A stretch of DNA of 64,000 nt from Selaginella moellendorffii. Its lineage: Eukaryota > Plantae > Lycopodiophyta. Both the position numbers and the translations under genes were made by a program. Below are positions 24,900-37,938 of this stretch, piece after piece. The notes under the pieces were generated by a model. The model searched no databases, had not been told where the DNA came from, and worked only from the letters and a program-made list of their open reading frames with translations. The stretch covers positions 478,181 to 542,180 of the forward strand of contig NW_003314311.1 in the NCBI RefSeq assembly GCF_000143415.4, read 5' to 3'. Position 1 is the first letter of the stretch. Each line of letters opens with the position of its first letter.

Positions 24900-26508
24900 A
24901 TGGAGAGTGAGGAGGAAGAGGAGGGCGCTGCCGCGGCCAAATTCGCGAGCTGGAGCATCTACGAGAATCGCGAGGTCTTGGCCAGGTACGCGGTGCTGGA
25001 TCCCATTGGATCCGGCGCCTACTCGGATGTCTACCACGGGAAGCGCCGTGACGACGGCCTCCACGTCGCGCTCAAGGAAGTCCACGACGGCAAGAGCTCC
25101 TCGCGCGAATTGGCCGCTCTCCAGCTCCTCACAAACTCCAGCCATGTCGTCCAGCTCTTGGATCACGTCTGGCTCCATCCCGGGGTATTGCTGGTGCTGG
25201 AATTTCTTCCGGGCTCTCTCGCGGAGGTGATAGAGGAGCGCAAGGAGATCCCTTTCCAGGAATTCGAGGCCAGGAACTGGATGGAGCAAATCCTCAAGGC
25301 AGTGGCCGAGTGCCACAGTGCTGGGATCTTGCACAGGGATCTCAAGCCATCCAATCTTCTCATCTCCAGCGATGGCGTGCTCAAGGTGGCGGACTTTGGC
25401 ACGGCGCTCGTCCTGCCAGTGGAGAACGTCGAGGAAGCGGTGAAGGATTCTTCCAGCGGCAAGAAGAAGCTCAAGGGAGGAGAGGAGTTCGATCGATTTG
25501 GCAGCGGCAAGAAACTCGACAGTGAGGAGATCGAGGCATGGCTCCAGGGCGGGAGCTTCAAGCTCAAGTCGGCCGCGACATCGTCAGAGCAGCAGCCGGA
25601 GACGATGGTTCCAGCACAGATTCGAGGCAGCAAGAGCTACGATCGTCTGGAAATCGAAGACTCCGGCACCGAAGTTAGTCCTCGAGTGAGCGATGCAGAG
25701 GAAGAAGAAGATGGTGCTCGAAGCAGGAACGATCGCTACAGCGATGGCGAGTGGGAGAAAACTTCCAACAAGGATTCCGATTGGTACAAGGTAGAGACTC
25801 TCTCTCTCTCTCTCTTCGAAGTTCTAAGTTCTCTCTCTCGCTCACTCTCTGTTCTAAGTTCTCTCTCTCTCTCTCTCTCTCTCTCGGTTTTACGGTTCTA
25901 AATTCTCGGTTCTCTCTCTCAGTTCTAAGTTCTCTCTCTCTCTCTCTCGGTTTTACGGTTCTAAATTCTCGGTTCTCTCTCTCAGTTCTAAGTTCTCTCT
26001 TTCTCAGAGTTCTAAGATGTGGTGGTGTTCTTCACAGGTCGGAAACGATGACTTCCGCGGAGAGATGACCGACTGCGTGGGGACGAGGTGGTACAAAGCT
26101 CCGGAGCTCCTCTACGGTTCGACGAGCTACAACTTCGCGGTGGATCTCTGGGCCGTGGGTTGCATCCTCGGCGAATTGATCCAAGGCGAGCCACTCTTCC
26201 CGGGAGCCTCCGACATAGATCAGCTGAGCAGGGTGGTGAGAGTTCTCGGTGTTCCAAACGAGACGATCTGGCCCGGGATCTCCAGCCTCCCCGACTATGA
26301 CAAGATTTGCTTCAACGACGATCGCCCGCCAGTGACTCTGGCCAGGATTTTGCCGCGAGCGTCCGGAGAGGCGCTGCGCTTGATCGAGAAGCTCTTGGTC
26401 TACGATCCAGCCTCGCGGCTGTCGGCGTCCCAGGCGTTGTCTCACGAGTTCTTCTCTGGACGCGCCAGCTCCATTGATGCTTGGCTCAATGCTGGAAGTC
26501 GCAAGTAA
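24900..26508 (+). CDS. CDKF;1: Cyclin-dependent kinase F / CDK-activating kinase; exons 24900-25790 and 26038-26508
   Basis: IGSGAYSDVY, VALKEVHD, HRDLKPSNLLI, DFG followed by the CDKF-type long insertion, then EMTDCVGTRWYKAPELLYG and DLWAVGCI. Confidence 0.9.
25796..26016. repeat. CT-microsatellite/minisatellite in the CDKF intron
   Basis: Repeated gttctaagttct(ct)n units and a ~60-bp duplication (ctctcggttttacggttctaaattctcggttctctctctcag x2). Confidence 0.85.
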
Positions 26509-28625
26509 TGGAAGATCCAATGGAAGATCTAAGAAGTTCTTCCAAGAAGTTCTTATCTATCTATCCAGCCATGGAAGACGTCCAGTTCTATGCCACCCTC
26601 CTGCGATCCTGCGAGAAATCCCGGGATCTCGCCAGGGTCAGCGAGATCCAGGATGAGATCCACAGCAGCGGGCACTCCCGGAACATCTTCCTCGCCAATC
26701 TGGTGATCCGCGCATTCGCCAGATGCGGGAGCTTGGATCGCGCGACCCGCGCATTCGCGGCGCTGGATCGCCCCAACGTGTTCTCGTGGAACACGATGAT
26801 CGCCGCTTACGCGCAGCACGGGCGCCTGGATCTCGCGCGAGCGGCATTCCAGCGGATGCCCGCGACAATCCGAACGATTCAGTCGTGGAATTCGATGCTC
26901 CGGGCGCTCGCTGACGCTGGGGAGCTGGGCGACGCGATCGATCTCTTCGCCAGGATGGAGGAGCGCAACACCGTGTCGTGGAATTCCATGATCGAGGCCT
27001 ATTCCCGCGCTGGGCGAGTGACCGAAGCCAAGGATCTCTTCGATCGCATGCCCGACCGGGATTTCTTCTCGTGGGCTGCTATGATCGAGGCCTTCCTCGC
27101 GAGAGATCTCGTGGATCCGGCCATGGAGCTGCTGCGCCGGATCCCACTTCTCGACACCGTGCTCATCACAAGCGCGATCGTCGCGATTGCCAGATTGGGG
27201 CATCTCCGCAAGGCCTGGAGCTTGTTCCTAGGGATTGTAGAGAAGGATCTCATCGCCTGGAACGCGATGCTCCAAGCGTTTGTTCTTCATGGGCATCTGG
27301 AAGGGGCGCAGGATCTCTTCGATCGAATGCCAGAGCACAACGCAGTGACGATCAATACCTTGATCCAAGGCTACGCGCAGCACGGGAGCTTCGATCGAGC
27401 AAAGCTTTTGCTCGATCGATCGCCCGAGAAAGATCCAGTAGGATGGAACTCTCTCATCACAGCATATGCCCTAGCAGGGCAAATGGACCTCGCGAGAGAG
27501 ATGCTGGATCGGCCGTTGGTTTCGCTCAATGTGGTCTCGTGGACGGTCGTGATTAACGGGTACGGACAGCACGGACGAATGGAAGAGGCTAGAGGAATCT
27601 TTAGAGCGATGTCTGGCCACGATTTGGTCGCTTGGAACGCGATCGTTCAAGCGAGCGCGAGTGATACAAAGGTGGCACGTGAATTTTTTGATAGAATGCC
27701 GGAGAGGAATTTAATCTCTTGGAACACCATGATTCAAGCTTATGCTGACCATGGTGATTTGGAAAATGCGGCTATGGTGTTTAAAGCATCGCGAGAGAAA
27801 AATCTCGCAACTTTGAATGCAATGCTTGTGGCAAGCTCGAAGTCCGGAAATTTGGAGGAATCGAAACGAATATTTGACCAAATGCCCGAGTGGGACGTTA
27901 TTTCATGGACTACCATGATCATCGCATATACCCAACATGGGCATTTAGATGCCGCAAGAAGAATCTTTGTTAAGATGCCCGTCCAAAGCATAATAACCTT
28001 CACAGCTCTTTTGTGTGGTTTTCTAGGCAACTTTGAATTTGTTCTCGCGAAAGCTCTTTTCGAAAGATTCCCAGAGCGAGATCTAGTCTCCTGGAATCGA
28101 ATGGTATCAGCATATGCCCAAGCCGGGCATATACCCATTTCCAAAAAACTCTTTGACACAATGCCAGAGAGAGACGTGGTCTCTTGTACGGCGCTAGTCA
28201 CAGTGTATGCCCATTTAGGGTACGGCCTTACAGCCATTGAGAGCTTCCAGACCATGGCCATGGATGCCGTACACCCCAACGACGTAACTTTTCTGGGCGT
28301 GTTCGTGGCGTGCGCGCATTTGGGCCAGGTGGCCGAAATTTACGCCTATTTGGCCTCCATGGAAATCGACTATGGCATCGTCCCAACCCAAGACCACTAT
28401 TCGTGCATCGTCTCGGCGCTGGGGCGATTAGGGCAGCTCAAAGCCGCGATGGAAATGATCCAACGAATGCCCACCGCCGCCACCGCCGCGGCGTGGGAAT
28501 CTTTATTATCCTGCTATAGATTCCAGCGCGATCCACGCCGCGGGATCGATGCCGCCAAGCAAATCCTGGAAATCGAGCCCCAAAACGCCGCGGGCTATGT
28601 GCTGCTATCAAACGCGCTACTTTAG
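26508..28625 (+). CDS. PLS-class PPR protein with E domain, no DYW
   Basis: Intronless PPR array ending HYSCIVSALGRLG..WESLLSCY..YVLLSNALL. First ATG at 26508; 26520 and 26571 are alternatives. Confidence 0.93.
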   Translation: MEDPMEDLRSSSKKFLSIYPAMEDVQFYATLLRSCEKSRDLARVSEIQDEIHSSGHSRNIFLANLVIRAFARCGSLDRATRAFAALDRPNVFSWNTMIAAYAQHGRLDLARAAFQRMPATIRTIQSWNSMLRALADAGELGDAIDLFARMEERNTVSWNSMIEAYSRAGRVTEAKDLFDRMPDRDFFSWAAMIEAFLARDLVDPAMELLRRIPLLDTVLITSAIVAIARLGHLRKAWSLFLGIVEKDLIAWNAMLQAFVLHGHLEGAQDLFDRMPEHNAVTINTLIQGYAQHGSFDRAKLLLDRSPEKDPVGWNSLITAYALAGQMDLAREMLDRPLVSLNVVSWTVVINGYGQHGRMEEARGIFRAMSGHDLVAWNAIVQASASDTKVAREFFDRMPERNLISWNTMIQAYADHGDLENAAMVFKASREKNLATLNAMLVASSKSGNLEESKRIFDQMPEWDVISWTTMIIAYTQHGHLDAARRIFVKMPVQSIITFTALLCGFLGNFEFVLAKALFERFPERDLVSWNRMVSAYAQAGHIPISKKLFDTMPERDVVSCTALVTVYAHLGYGLTAIESFQTMAMDAVHPNDVTFLGVFVACAHLGQVAEIYAYLASMEIDYGIVPTQDHYSCIVSALGRLGQLKAAMEMIQRMPTAATAAAWESLLSCYRFQRDPRRGIDAAKQILEIEPQNAAGYVLLSNALL

Positions 28626-28721
28626 ATGGTCAACGGATTCTTTTTTAAAAACAGAATATACCGGCATACTTTAGGGTTCTTAAAACTTTTTTGTCGGGGT
28701 TTTAGGGTTCTTGAGCATCAA

Positions 28722-30109
<1,388 letters not shown>

Positions 30110-31392
30110 AATAAAAAGCATAGCTTTTCATTTGGTAAGAGGATATTCGATTGAGCGATTGTCAAACAAATCTAGTGCGCGAATAGCCATCAAACAAAGT
30201 TGGCGAGCCAAAGATCTTTTCAGGCTTTTTGCTTGGGCATCCAAGTTGCGCCCCGCATTGTGTGGCTTGGAACACTCCATGTCACGTCAGGGAGCAAATC
30301 TATCTGGTTAGTTGACAATGATCTTAGGGTAGCGAAAAAAGGTGGCGGAGGAAAGAAAAAGAGGAAAGAGAGGGTTCCACCACCACCAACAGTGTAGCAG
30401 TGGAAATCCAGCAAACTAACCGGAAGGGTCTTTTCGATTATCTTTTCTTTCCTCTCTTTTTCTTTCTTTTTTTCTTTTTTTTTCTTTTTTTTCTTCCATC
30501 GCGTCTCTCTGGCATTGCAAGTTGGAGCATTCAATCGCCCAAAGTCTTTCTCGTGTGTTGTTACATGTTTAATCTCTTTGAAATTGAGGCGGTGTTGCTG
30601 CGTTGCGTGTTCCACTCGAATTTGATAAGGTAAAGCCTGGTTTGCGCGCGTGCCCATACAATTTTTAGGTCACCCAACGAAGAGCGAGAGAGAAGATGTA
30701 CCAAGACACACGGGCGCACACAATTTGACAATTGGCATGTTCAAACGTTCTTGCTGCGAGCCAGTAGCAATCTGCCACGTGGCAGTATGGAAGTCTCCGT
30801 ACATGGGCCATGGCCGATTCGACAAAAATGGACAACTGGACTTTGCGTTTAATTTTTTTTTCCCTTTTGTTCTTCCGCGTCAAGTGGGATAATCGGATCG
30901 AGCGCGCTGCGCGGGCGCCGGGCAGGCAAATGGCGAATGCAGGCCGCGAGTGGGGCGTCACGGCGCGTGTGAACTTTCCATGAGAATATCTGATCTCGCG
31001 CCTCTCGCGATCGCGTAAATTTGTGTCGGCGGGAGGATCTTGGCATCGTTTCTCCAGCGGCCAGGCCAGGTACTTGTGTTCTTCGCTCTCTAATCCCTCC
31101 TCTCGATGCTCCGGAGCCTCGCGGGGCGATATTTCGATCGGGGATGAGCTCGATCGCAATCCCTAGCCCTCGCCCGGCGATATTTCGATCATGTTTCTTC
31201 TTCTTTCTTCTCTTCAATCCTTGCGCCTTGAGATTTCTTTCTTTCGTTTGGAGCTCGATCGTTCTTGTGTGTCAGAGACTTTCTTCTTCTCCTCCTTCTT
31301 CTTCTGTGGAGCTCGAGCTCCATCCTTCCTTTGCCAAGCACTGTTTCATCCAGATTTTTTATTCTTTTCGCAGGATAACTTTTATGCGCTAA

Positions 31393-33162
31393 ATGGATCA
31401 CTTCTCGCCCACAGGTCTCAAGGTGTTGGTCGTGGACGATGATCCTTGCTGCCTCACTCTGCTAGAGCGAATGCTGCGAGAATGCAAGTATGCTGGTAAG
31501 CTTTCACTCCAATTCTTTTCAATCCACTCGAAAGTCATTGCTTGTTCTTCTTGAAACACTTTGCTGCTTGACTCTTAAAAGCTTTTTTTCCTGTGTGCTG
31601 CTTGACTCTCAAATTGTTTTGGCTGCTGCTAGATACTCTGTCTTGGAGTTTATCTTTTTCCAAGTAAAAGTCCGCTGGGATGTACCTCTTGCCTGTTGTC
31701 TCGTGGTTCTTTCTTTCTGACTTGGAGTGTGGTTTCTCTCGCAGTTACAACTTGCAGCCGTGCGACAGCAGCCTTGACAATCCTCCGGGAGAGGAAAGAA
31801 TCATTCGACGTAGTGATCAGCGACGTTCATATGCCTGACATGGACGGTTTCAAGCTGCTGGAGCTCATTGGCTTGGAGATGGGGATCCCCGTTATCAGTA
31901 AGTCTTCTCTCCCTCTTTAATGCTTTCGCCCAGGACGAAACAAACCGGGGACAGCTACGGCAAACCCGTAGAAACAAAACAGAAGAGAGAAGAAAGCAAC
32001 AAAGATTCTAATGGTGACGCTCACACTCACACTCTTTTGTTTCCTTGCAACAGTGATGTCCGCCAGCGGCGAGACGGACGCGGTGATGAAGGGCGTCGTG
32101 TATGGAGCCTGCGATTACCTGGTGAAGCCCGTGAGGATCGAGGAGCTACGGAACATCTGGCAGCATGTCGTCCGGCGGCGTACCAAGGACTCGGCTGTCC
32201 GAGACGAAGCTCCCGAGGAGTGGGAGGACTTCATGAGGTCAACCCCCACGGATTCCTCCGAGGAGGCCGACGTTGACCTCCGCCTCCTGCGAAAGAAGAA
32301 GCGTCCGAGCTGCGACTTTGGCGGCGGTGGCGGCGACGAGAGCATGAGGAGCATCGCCAGCAACAAGAAGGCGAGGGTGGTGTGGTCATTCGATCTCCAC
32401 CAGCAGTTCGTCAAGGCCATCAACCACATAGGAATCGAAAGTAAGTTACTTCTTGTTTTCTTCGATCTCGAGAGCTCACATTCTAAGTTTCTTGTCATAG
32501 AGGCCGTGCCAAAGAGGATTCTCGAGGTGATGAATATCCAGGGGCTCACGAGAGAGAACGTCGCCAGTCACCTCCAGGTAATCGCATTACCATTTTGTTC
32601 TTTCTCTCTTTTCCAACGCTCTATCTTCTTCCCTGTGCAGAAGTATCGTCTCTACCTCAAGCGATTGAGCGGCGTCACGCCCGAGCCATTCCCGATTGCT
32701 TCGTTCCAGGCCTACGAGGGTGCCACCTTTGGCGGCACCATGCAAATCCACCACCACCAAAGGTCCTCCTCCACTCTACCTCTCCTCCGTACCAGGAGTA
32801 GCGGCAGCAGCGGTGGCGGCGCCCCGCCGTACAACGTGGACACGCTCGCCACTCTCAAGCAGCTCCAGGCACTCCAGCAAGCGGCTCACGAGAAAGGCCA
32901 GGCGGCGGGATTCGTCGGTGGCAGCGGCGCCGCCGCCGCCGGGATCCGGCCGGGCTTGCGTGTGGAGGAGGAGGATCACCATCACCACCATCCAGAATTT
33001 GGTGGCGGTGACGACGACGAGCAGCATCACACGGGCAGCGATCACGAGGAGGAGCTTTCCGTGCGGCTCAAGTGTGACGACAGCCTTCACAGCTCAATGC
33101 CTGCGTCATTCCAAGGCGCGGTGTTCCACCGCCACCACCACCACCACCAGTATCAGATTTAG
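31393..33162 (+). CDS. Type-B response regulator (receiver plus GARP/Myb domain), cytokinin two-component signalling
   Basis: [26 protein letters not shown] (phospho-Asp), [51 protein letters not shown]. Confidence 0.93.
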
Positions 33163-33460
33163 ATTCGATTGCTCGCCGTCAAGGAAGAGAAAGAGAGTAG
33201 AGATCTTGGCTGCCTGATCTGTAAAATTCCAACCACTGTATTAATATGACCACACCAAATGGGACCAAACACAGCGTACCTTTTGTCTCGCTATCACAAC
33301 TTGCTTTCTTCTTTCTTCTTTTTCCACCGCAAGTTAGTCGATCCACGAATGCTAATCTGGAAGAACAAAGATGGTGTCAATGGGAAAAACGAAGATGGTG
33401 TCGAGTGGTAAAGGCAAAGATGGTGTCAATGCAAAGGAAGGAAAGAACTTACTTTTTACA

Positions 33461-35170
33461 CTAGGATGGATTCGTCTTGGCTTTGTCCTTCTCCAACTCG
33501 CGACGCAATCGCTTTTGCTCGCGTCGATCGATCGCCTCCAGTGGAATCCCCCGGCTCCTCTTGACCAGCTCGATGAGTTTTCTTTGCTCCTCCAGCTCCT
33601 GCTTGAGCCGTGATACCTCCTGCTCGTGGACAGCGCTCTTCTTCTCCAGGCTCTCGATGACCCTGTCGATCTGTGCCTCCTCTCCGTTCCTCGGCGTGGA
33701 GCTCCTGAGAGCCAGTGGCATTTCCTTGCTTTCCTCCGCTGGCTCCCTCGGCTCCGCCGCGTCTTTCACGGCCAGCGCCGCGCTCTGCCCGCCTTTGACC
33801 GACTCCAGCTCCAGCCTCAGCCTCTCCAGCTCGCGGGCCATGCTGAGATTCATCGTCACGTACCATCGCTCCCGTCTCTCGGCGTCGGCTAGCTGCTGCT
33901 GGAGACGCTTCACTTCCTCGCTCGTAGAGTCGCTGCCGCACGCCGTCGTGGTTGGCATCGCTGTTCTCACGCGCTTCTTGATCTTGTGAGGCGTTAGAGC
34001 GACGAGCGGCAGCGTTTCCTGCTGCTGCTGTGGAGCTTCGATCGCAAGCACACTCTCTGGAGCTGGGGCTAAAGCTGGAGCTGCCGCCATGAGTAGCAAA
34101 GCAACGTCGTTCTCCATCGGCTCCTCCTTCTCCTGGAACTTCATCTCACCCTGGGAGCCGCTGCACCCGTTCTCCACCAGTCCGGTTCCCTTCTCCCCTT
34201 CCAGCTCCTCCCCGAGAGCGTTCTCGATCATCCCCGTCAGCCACTCGCCAAACGCAAACCTCACGTTCCTCGTCCTCAGCTTCGTCAGCTTGATCGCGTT
34301 CTTGATCGTCTCGGCCATGAAGTCGGCCCACTGCATGAGCACCTTGAGCCGCAGCGACGTCTCCATGGCCAGGATGATCGCCCCCTTGATGTAAGTCAGC
34401 TTGAAAGTCCGGCAGACCAGCTTCTCGGACAGAGCACTCGCCACTGCCACGAACGTCTCGGTTTGGTCCTTGTATCGCAGATACCGCAAGTCGTATCCAT
34501 AGCTCGTCCGTTTGAGCCCCGGAATGAGCCTGTCCATCACCGGAAGATCCTCCGCCCGGACGTCGTGAACGATGGCTCGCTCGCCTCGGGTTCCAAGAGG
34601 GAGACCCGTGAGCTTCCTCACGGCCTGCGCAGTGATCTTGATGAGCCGGCCATTCACCACCCCGGCACCTTTGTGGTGGCTGTAAGTCGTGATGAAATCC
34701 GTGCAGTAGCTCTTGTTGAATCTGGGAACCTCGGTGTGGAGCAAGAACTGCTCGAGCCCAAGGCTCCGGATCATCGCCAGCCCCTGTCCCTCGCGGAGGA
34801 AGTGCCGGTTCTTGAGCTTACAGCGCGTGAACTTGTAAGGCTCCATGCCCCGCTTCTTTGCTCCTCCTCCTCGATCCTTGTCCAGCCCGCTACTCCGGGC
34901 GGTGCTATCGTCGGGATTGGTGTCCTCGCTGCCGCCCTCTTCGTCCTCGCCACCACAGCCATCGTCCTCCTCGATCTCCTCGGACTCGCACACCGCCCCC
35001 TCGGGATCGCCGCATCGCTCCGCCAGGACCTCCGCCAGGACGTCGATGCTGCTCTGCATTTGCCGGGGCTGGCTCTTCATCGCGCGCTTCTTGCGCGGCA
35101 CAGAGAAATCCGCCGGGCGATCGCGGCTTGGGCCGGCCACCGCGATCTCTTGAGGATTTCCCTCCTCCAT
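33461..35170 (-). CDS. Intronless 569-aa protein: acidic N-terminus, plant-mobile-domain-like middle, coiled-coil C-terminus
   Basis: Long ORF with coding-like GC3. LGLEQFL..FITTY..VNGRLIKITAQAVRKLTGLP..QWADFM resembles transposon-associated plant mobile domain proteins. The family assignment is tentative. Confidence 0.7.
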   Translation of the reverse strand: MEEGNPQEIAVAGPSRDRPADFSVPRKKRAMKSQPRQMQSSIDVLAEVLAERCGDPEGAVCESEEIEEDDGCGGEDEEGGSEDTNPDDSTARSSGLDKDRGGGAKKRGMEPYKFTRCKLKNRHFLREGQGLAMIRSLGLEQFLLHTEVPRFNKSYCTDFITTYSHHKGAGVVNGRLIKITAQAVRKLTGLPLGTRGERAIVHDVRAEDLPVMDRLIPGLKRTSYGYDLRYLRYKDQTETFVAVASALSEKLVCRTFKLTYIKGAIILAMETSLRLKVLMQWADFMAETIKNAIKLTKLRTRNVRFAFGEWLTGMIENALGEELEGEKGTGLVENGCSGSQGEMKFQEKEEPMENDVALLLMAAAPALAPAPESVLAIEAPQQQQETLPLVALTPHKIKKRVRTAMPTTTACGSDSTSEEVKRLQQQLADAERRERWYVTMNLSMARELERLRLELESVKGGQSAALAVKDAAEPREPAEESKEMPLALRSSTPRNGEEAQIDRVIESLEKKSAVHEQEVSRLKQELEEQRKLIELVKRSRGIPLEAIDRREQKRLRRELEKDKAKTNPS

Positions 35171-35557
35171 CCTGGAGATCTTAGGGCGGGCGAGTCGATC
35201 GATCGATCCTGGCTATGCACGAGCGGTCATCGATCACTGCACGGGCCGCGCACGCCTCAGATCTAGAGAAGTTTGCGAACCTGAGAGTGCCGCCGATCCA
35301 GGAAGAATGCGGCGCGTGGATCAAGGCGTCATGGAAACCCTAGCTTCCAGATCGAGTGCGCTGTCCAGTAAGAACCCTACCGCGCTGCCTCATGCCCGTG
35401 AAGGGCATCTTGGAGAGAAGAACAGTATGCCCCGGTTTTTAGGGCTAGCGCCCAGAGATTAGGGCAAACGATCGCCCAGGAGCTGCCATGGCGGAGCAGT
35501 GGAGCAGTGTCATTTCCCTCTTTCTGTGAAAACTTTTCCTTGCAGGCACGCTACCTC

Positions 35558-35585
35558 CATGCACGAATTCTCCCAGCTTATAAAT
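35558..35585 (+). promoter_or_regulatory. RY element (CATGCA) plus TATA box of the cupin gene
   Basis: CATGCA 35558-35563, TATAAAT 35579-35585, ATG 35654. Confidence 0.5.
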
Positions 35586-35653
35586 CCATGGAGCGAGGAT
35601 CCATCACAGCGCCAAAGCCAGGAAGCCTTCGCTCTCTCGATCATCCAAAAGAT

Positions 35654-36978
35654 ATGAGATCACTGAGAGGATTTCTCGCATTTTTTCTCGCGCTCATCAT
35701 GGAGCGATTTGAGGCCGCAGGATGCTCGAGTGGCGCTCAAATCCGACGGTGGAAAATTGGAAGTCTGGGAAGGCTCCGGAGTTTTCGAAGAGCTCGGAGT
35801 TGTGGCTGGCCGGACGATGCTCAAGCGTAGGGGTCTCTTGCTTCAATTCTATCTCGACTCTTCCCTGCTCCACATTGTCACTTGAGGTATAGCTATAGTT
35901 CTCAAACTGTTCTTCGCTAAGTGCTCGTAAGGTTGGTTCTATGCTTCTAAAACGATAGGTGGTGGACTTGTTGGGATTTTCATCTCTCTTGATGATCGCA
36001 AGACACGGGAGAGCTGTTTTAAAGTCGAGAGAGGAGATGTTGTCGCAGTTCCGCAAGGAGTGGCTTTGTGGTGGTACAACGGCGGAGACGATGAGCTGGA
36101 AATCATGGGAGTCGCACATCTGGCTGACAATCGTCACACAAAGGTAAAATCTCTCTTTTTCCTCCATCGTTCTTGTAGAGACGCTTATCAAAATCCTTTT
36201 TTTTTTTACTTGGCAGCCATTCCTTGTGGCCGGAGGAAAGCCGGACGAGCAAAGCCGGAGAGGATTTGGTTTTGGAGCTGTGATCCATGGCTTCAGCTCG
36301 GGAGTTCTTTCACGGGCCAGCGAAATGGACAAGAGCAGCGTTCGAGACGTCTTGGAGGGCCAAAGCGGTGTTGGCTTTGTCAAAGTGGACGAGGACGTAA
36401 CTTTCCCAGATGCCACCAGCGCTTTCGATCGAAACTTCATCTATCGCCTCCGCGAGATCCATCCCGACGTTCGCGTCCAAAACGGTGGGGAGCGGGATCC
36501 GAGAGCTCAGCAGCTACAAGCTTCCTATTCTACGAACCTTGGGGCTTGGTATCGAGTGTGTCCATCTCAACAAGGTAGAGACCTCCATCTTCTGTGAGTT
36601 AATACTAGTTTTTTCCAGGGAGCCATGGTCGCTCCAAATTGGTTCCATGGTAGCCATCAGATCCTCTACGTCGTTCATGGACGAGGAAGGATCGAGGTCG
36701 TGGATCCCAGTGGCGAGAGAGTTCTCGACGAAGAACTGGAACAATGCTCGCTCGTTGTCGTTCCAGCTTTCTATCCTTCTACTAAAATCGCTTCCAGCGA
36801 GGAGAGCTTCCATTACATCACATTCGTCATATCCCACAGGTATCCAAAACTCTCCAAAATACTCCATAGTTTTTTTTTTAACTTTCTTTTTTGGTGTGTG
36901 TTTAGGCGTATGATCTCTTACTTGTCGGGGAGAAATCCGGTTTACAGAGGAATGGATCGCCTCCAACTCAACAATTAG
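35654..36978 (+). pseudogene. 11S globulin/legumin-like bicupin with signal peptide; frameshift near 35700 and TGA at 35883-35885
   Basis: MRSLRGFLAFFLAL signal, then in another frame DLRPQDARVALKSDGGKLEVW..GLLLQFY, VALWWYNGGDDELEI, PFLVAGG..VIHGFSSGVLSRA, MVAPNWFHGSHQILYVVHGRGRIEVVD..LVVVPAFYP. Confidence 0.8.
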
Positions 36979-37295
36979 GTAAAGACTTCCATTCGAGATA
37001 GCACTGTCAAAGTGGACGAGGATATAACTTTCCCAGGTCGATCCACGGTCCCCAGCTTCAAAACTCCAAAACCGAAGTCTCTTTACTTTCCAATGTAGAA
37101 AAAAAGAGGAGGAAATTAATACTCAAAGTTCCACTGCGCCGATTTGTCTCGATAAAGATTACAACTCAAATGAAGGTTCATGACGAAAATACTTCACTTT
37201 CATTATTCATATTTCAGTCCATTAAATATAATACAGAGGAGGAAGCATTTGCTTGGCATCATTTTGACCAGAATTTGAACCACAATATGTCTACA

Positions 37296-37420
37296 CAGAA
37301 CAATTGCAAATCAAATCATTATTGAGCTAAAAATTGCAAGAATTTTCTTCCTTGATCCAGAACAATTGCAAATCAATTCATTATTGAGCTAAGAATTGCA
37401 AGAATTTTCTTCCTTGATCC
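37296..37420. repeat. 62-bp tandem duplication directly downstream of the metallothionein stop
   Basis: cagaacaattgcaaatcaa..ttgagctaa..aattgcaagaattttcttccttgatcc twice. Confidence 0.85.
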
Positions 37421-37421
37421 A

Positions 37422-37844
37422 TCAACCTTGCACGGGCTTGGGGCAAGAGCAAGTCTCACAACTGCATGTCCGGCCACACTTGCAGAAGGGCTCGCCTGAG
37501 GCAGTTTTCTTGGCACAGGTGCATGTCTCACAATTGCAGTTTGCACCGCATTCGCAGAAAACTCCGTCGTGGCCACTAGCACATGATCAAAAGAGTTGCA
37601 AAACCAGCATAATGTATATATTGGAAAGCAAAGGATCCATAACAGAAACTTACGTTCGTCCAGCAACTCTACCCATTGCTACACATCTGTGATCAAGGGA
37701 TTTGTTGATTGATCAACAGTTCTAGAAACACAAAGATATCTCTTACTTGCAATGATCTCCGCATGGGCATGGATTCCCACAAGCACATCCAGCAGTACAG
37801 TCGCAGGTGGCCGTGATAGCAGCTCCAGCAGCAGCGGTGGCCAT
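37422..37844 (-). CDS. Metallothionein with three Cys-rich domains (type-4/Ec-like), copy 1, 3 exons
   Basis: Spliced product MATAAAGAAITATCDCTAGCACGNPCPCGDHCKCVAMGRVAGRTGHDGVFCECGANCNCETCTCAKKTASGEPFCKCGRTCSCETCSCPKPVQG*. Confidence 0.9.
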
Positions 37845-37916
37845 TGCTAGAGATCAAACAAAGAAGTGAAAGAAAACTATCGATAACACGATTGAGAAAC
37901 CCCCACAGCTGCCGTT

Positions 37917-37938
37917 TTTATAGAATGGGTCATGCATG
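37917..37938 (-). promoter_or_regulatory. TATA box plus full RY repeat CATGCATG of MT copy 1
   Basis: CATGCATG at 37931-37938, TATAAA on the minus strand at 37917-37922. Confidence 0.55.

Noticed and set aside
30771-30785. Palindromic G-box TGCCACGTGGCA upstream of the ARR gene
   Set aside because: A single common motif with no supporting evidence of function.
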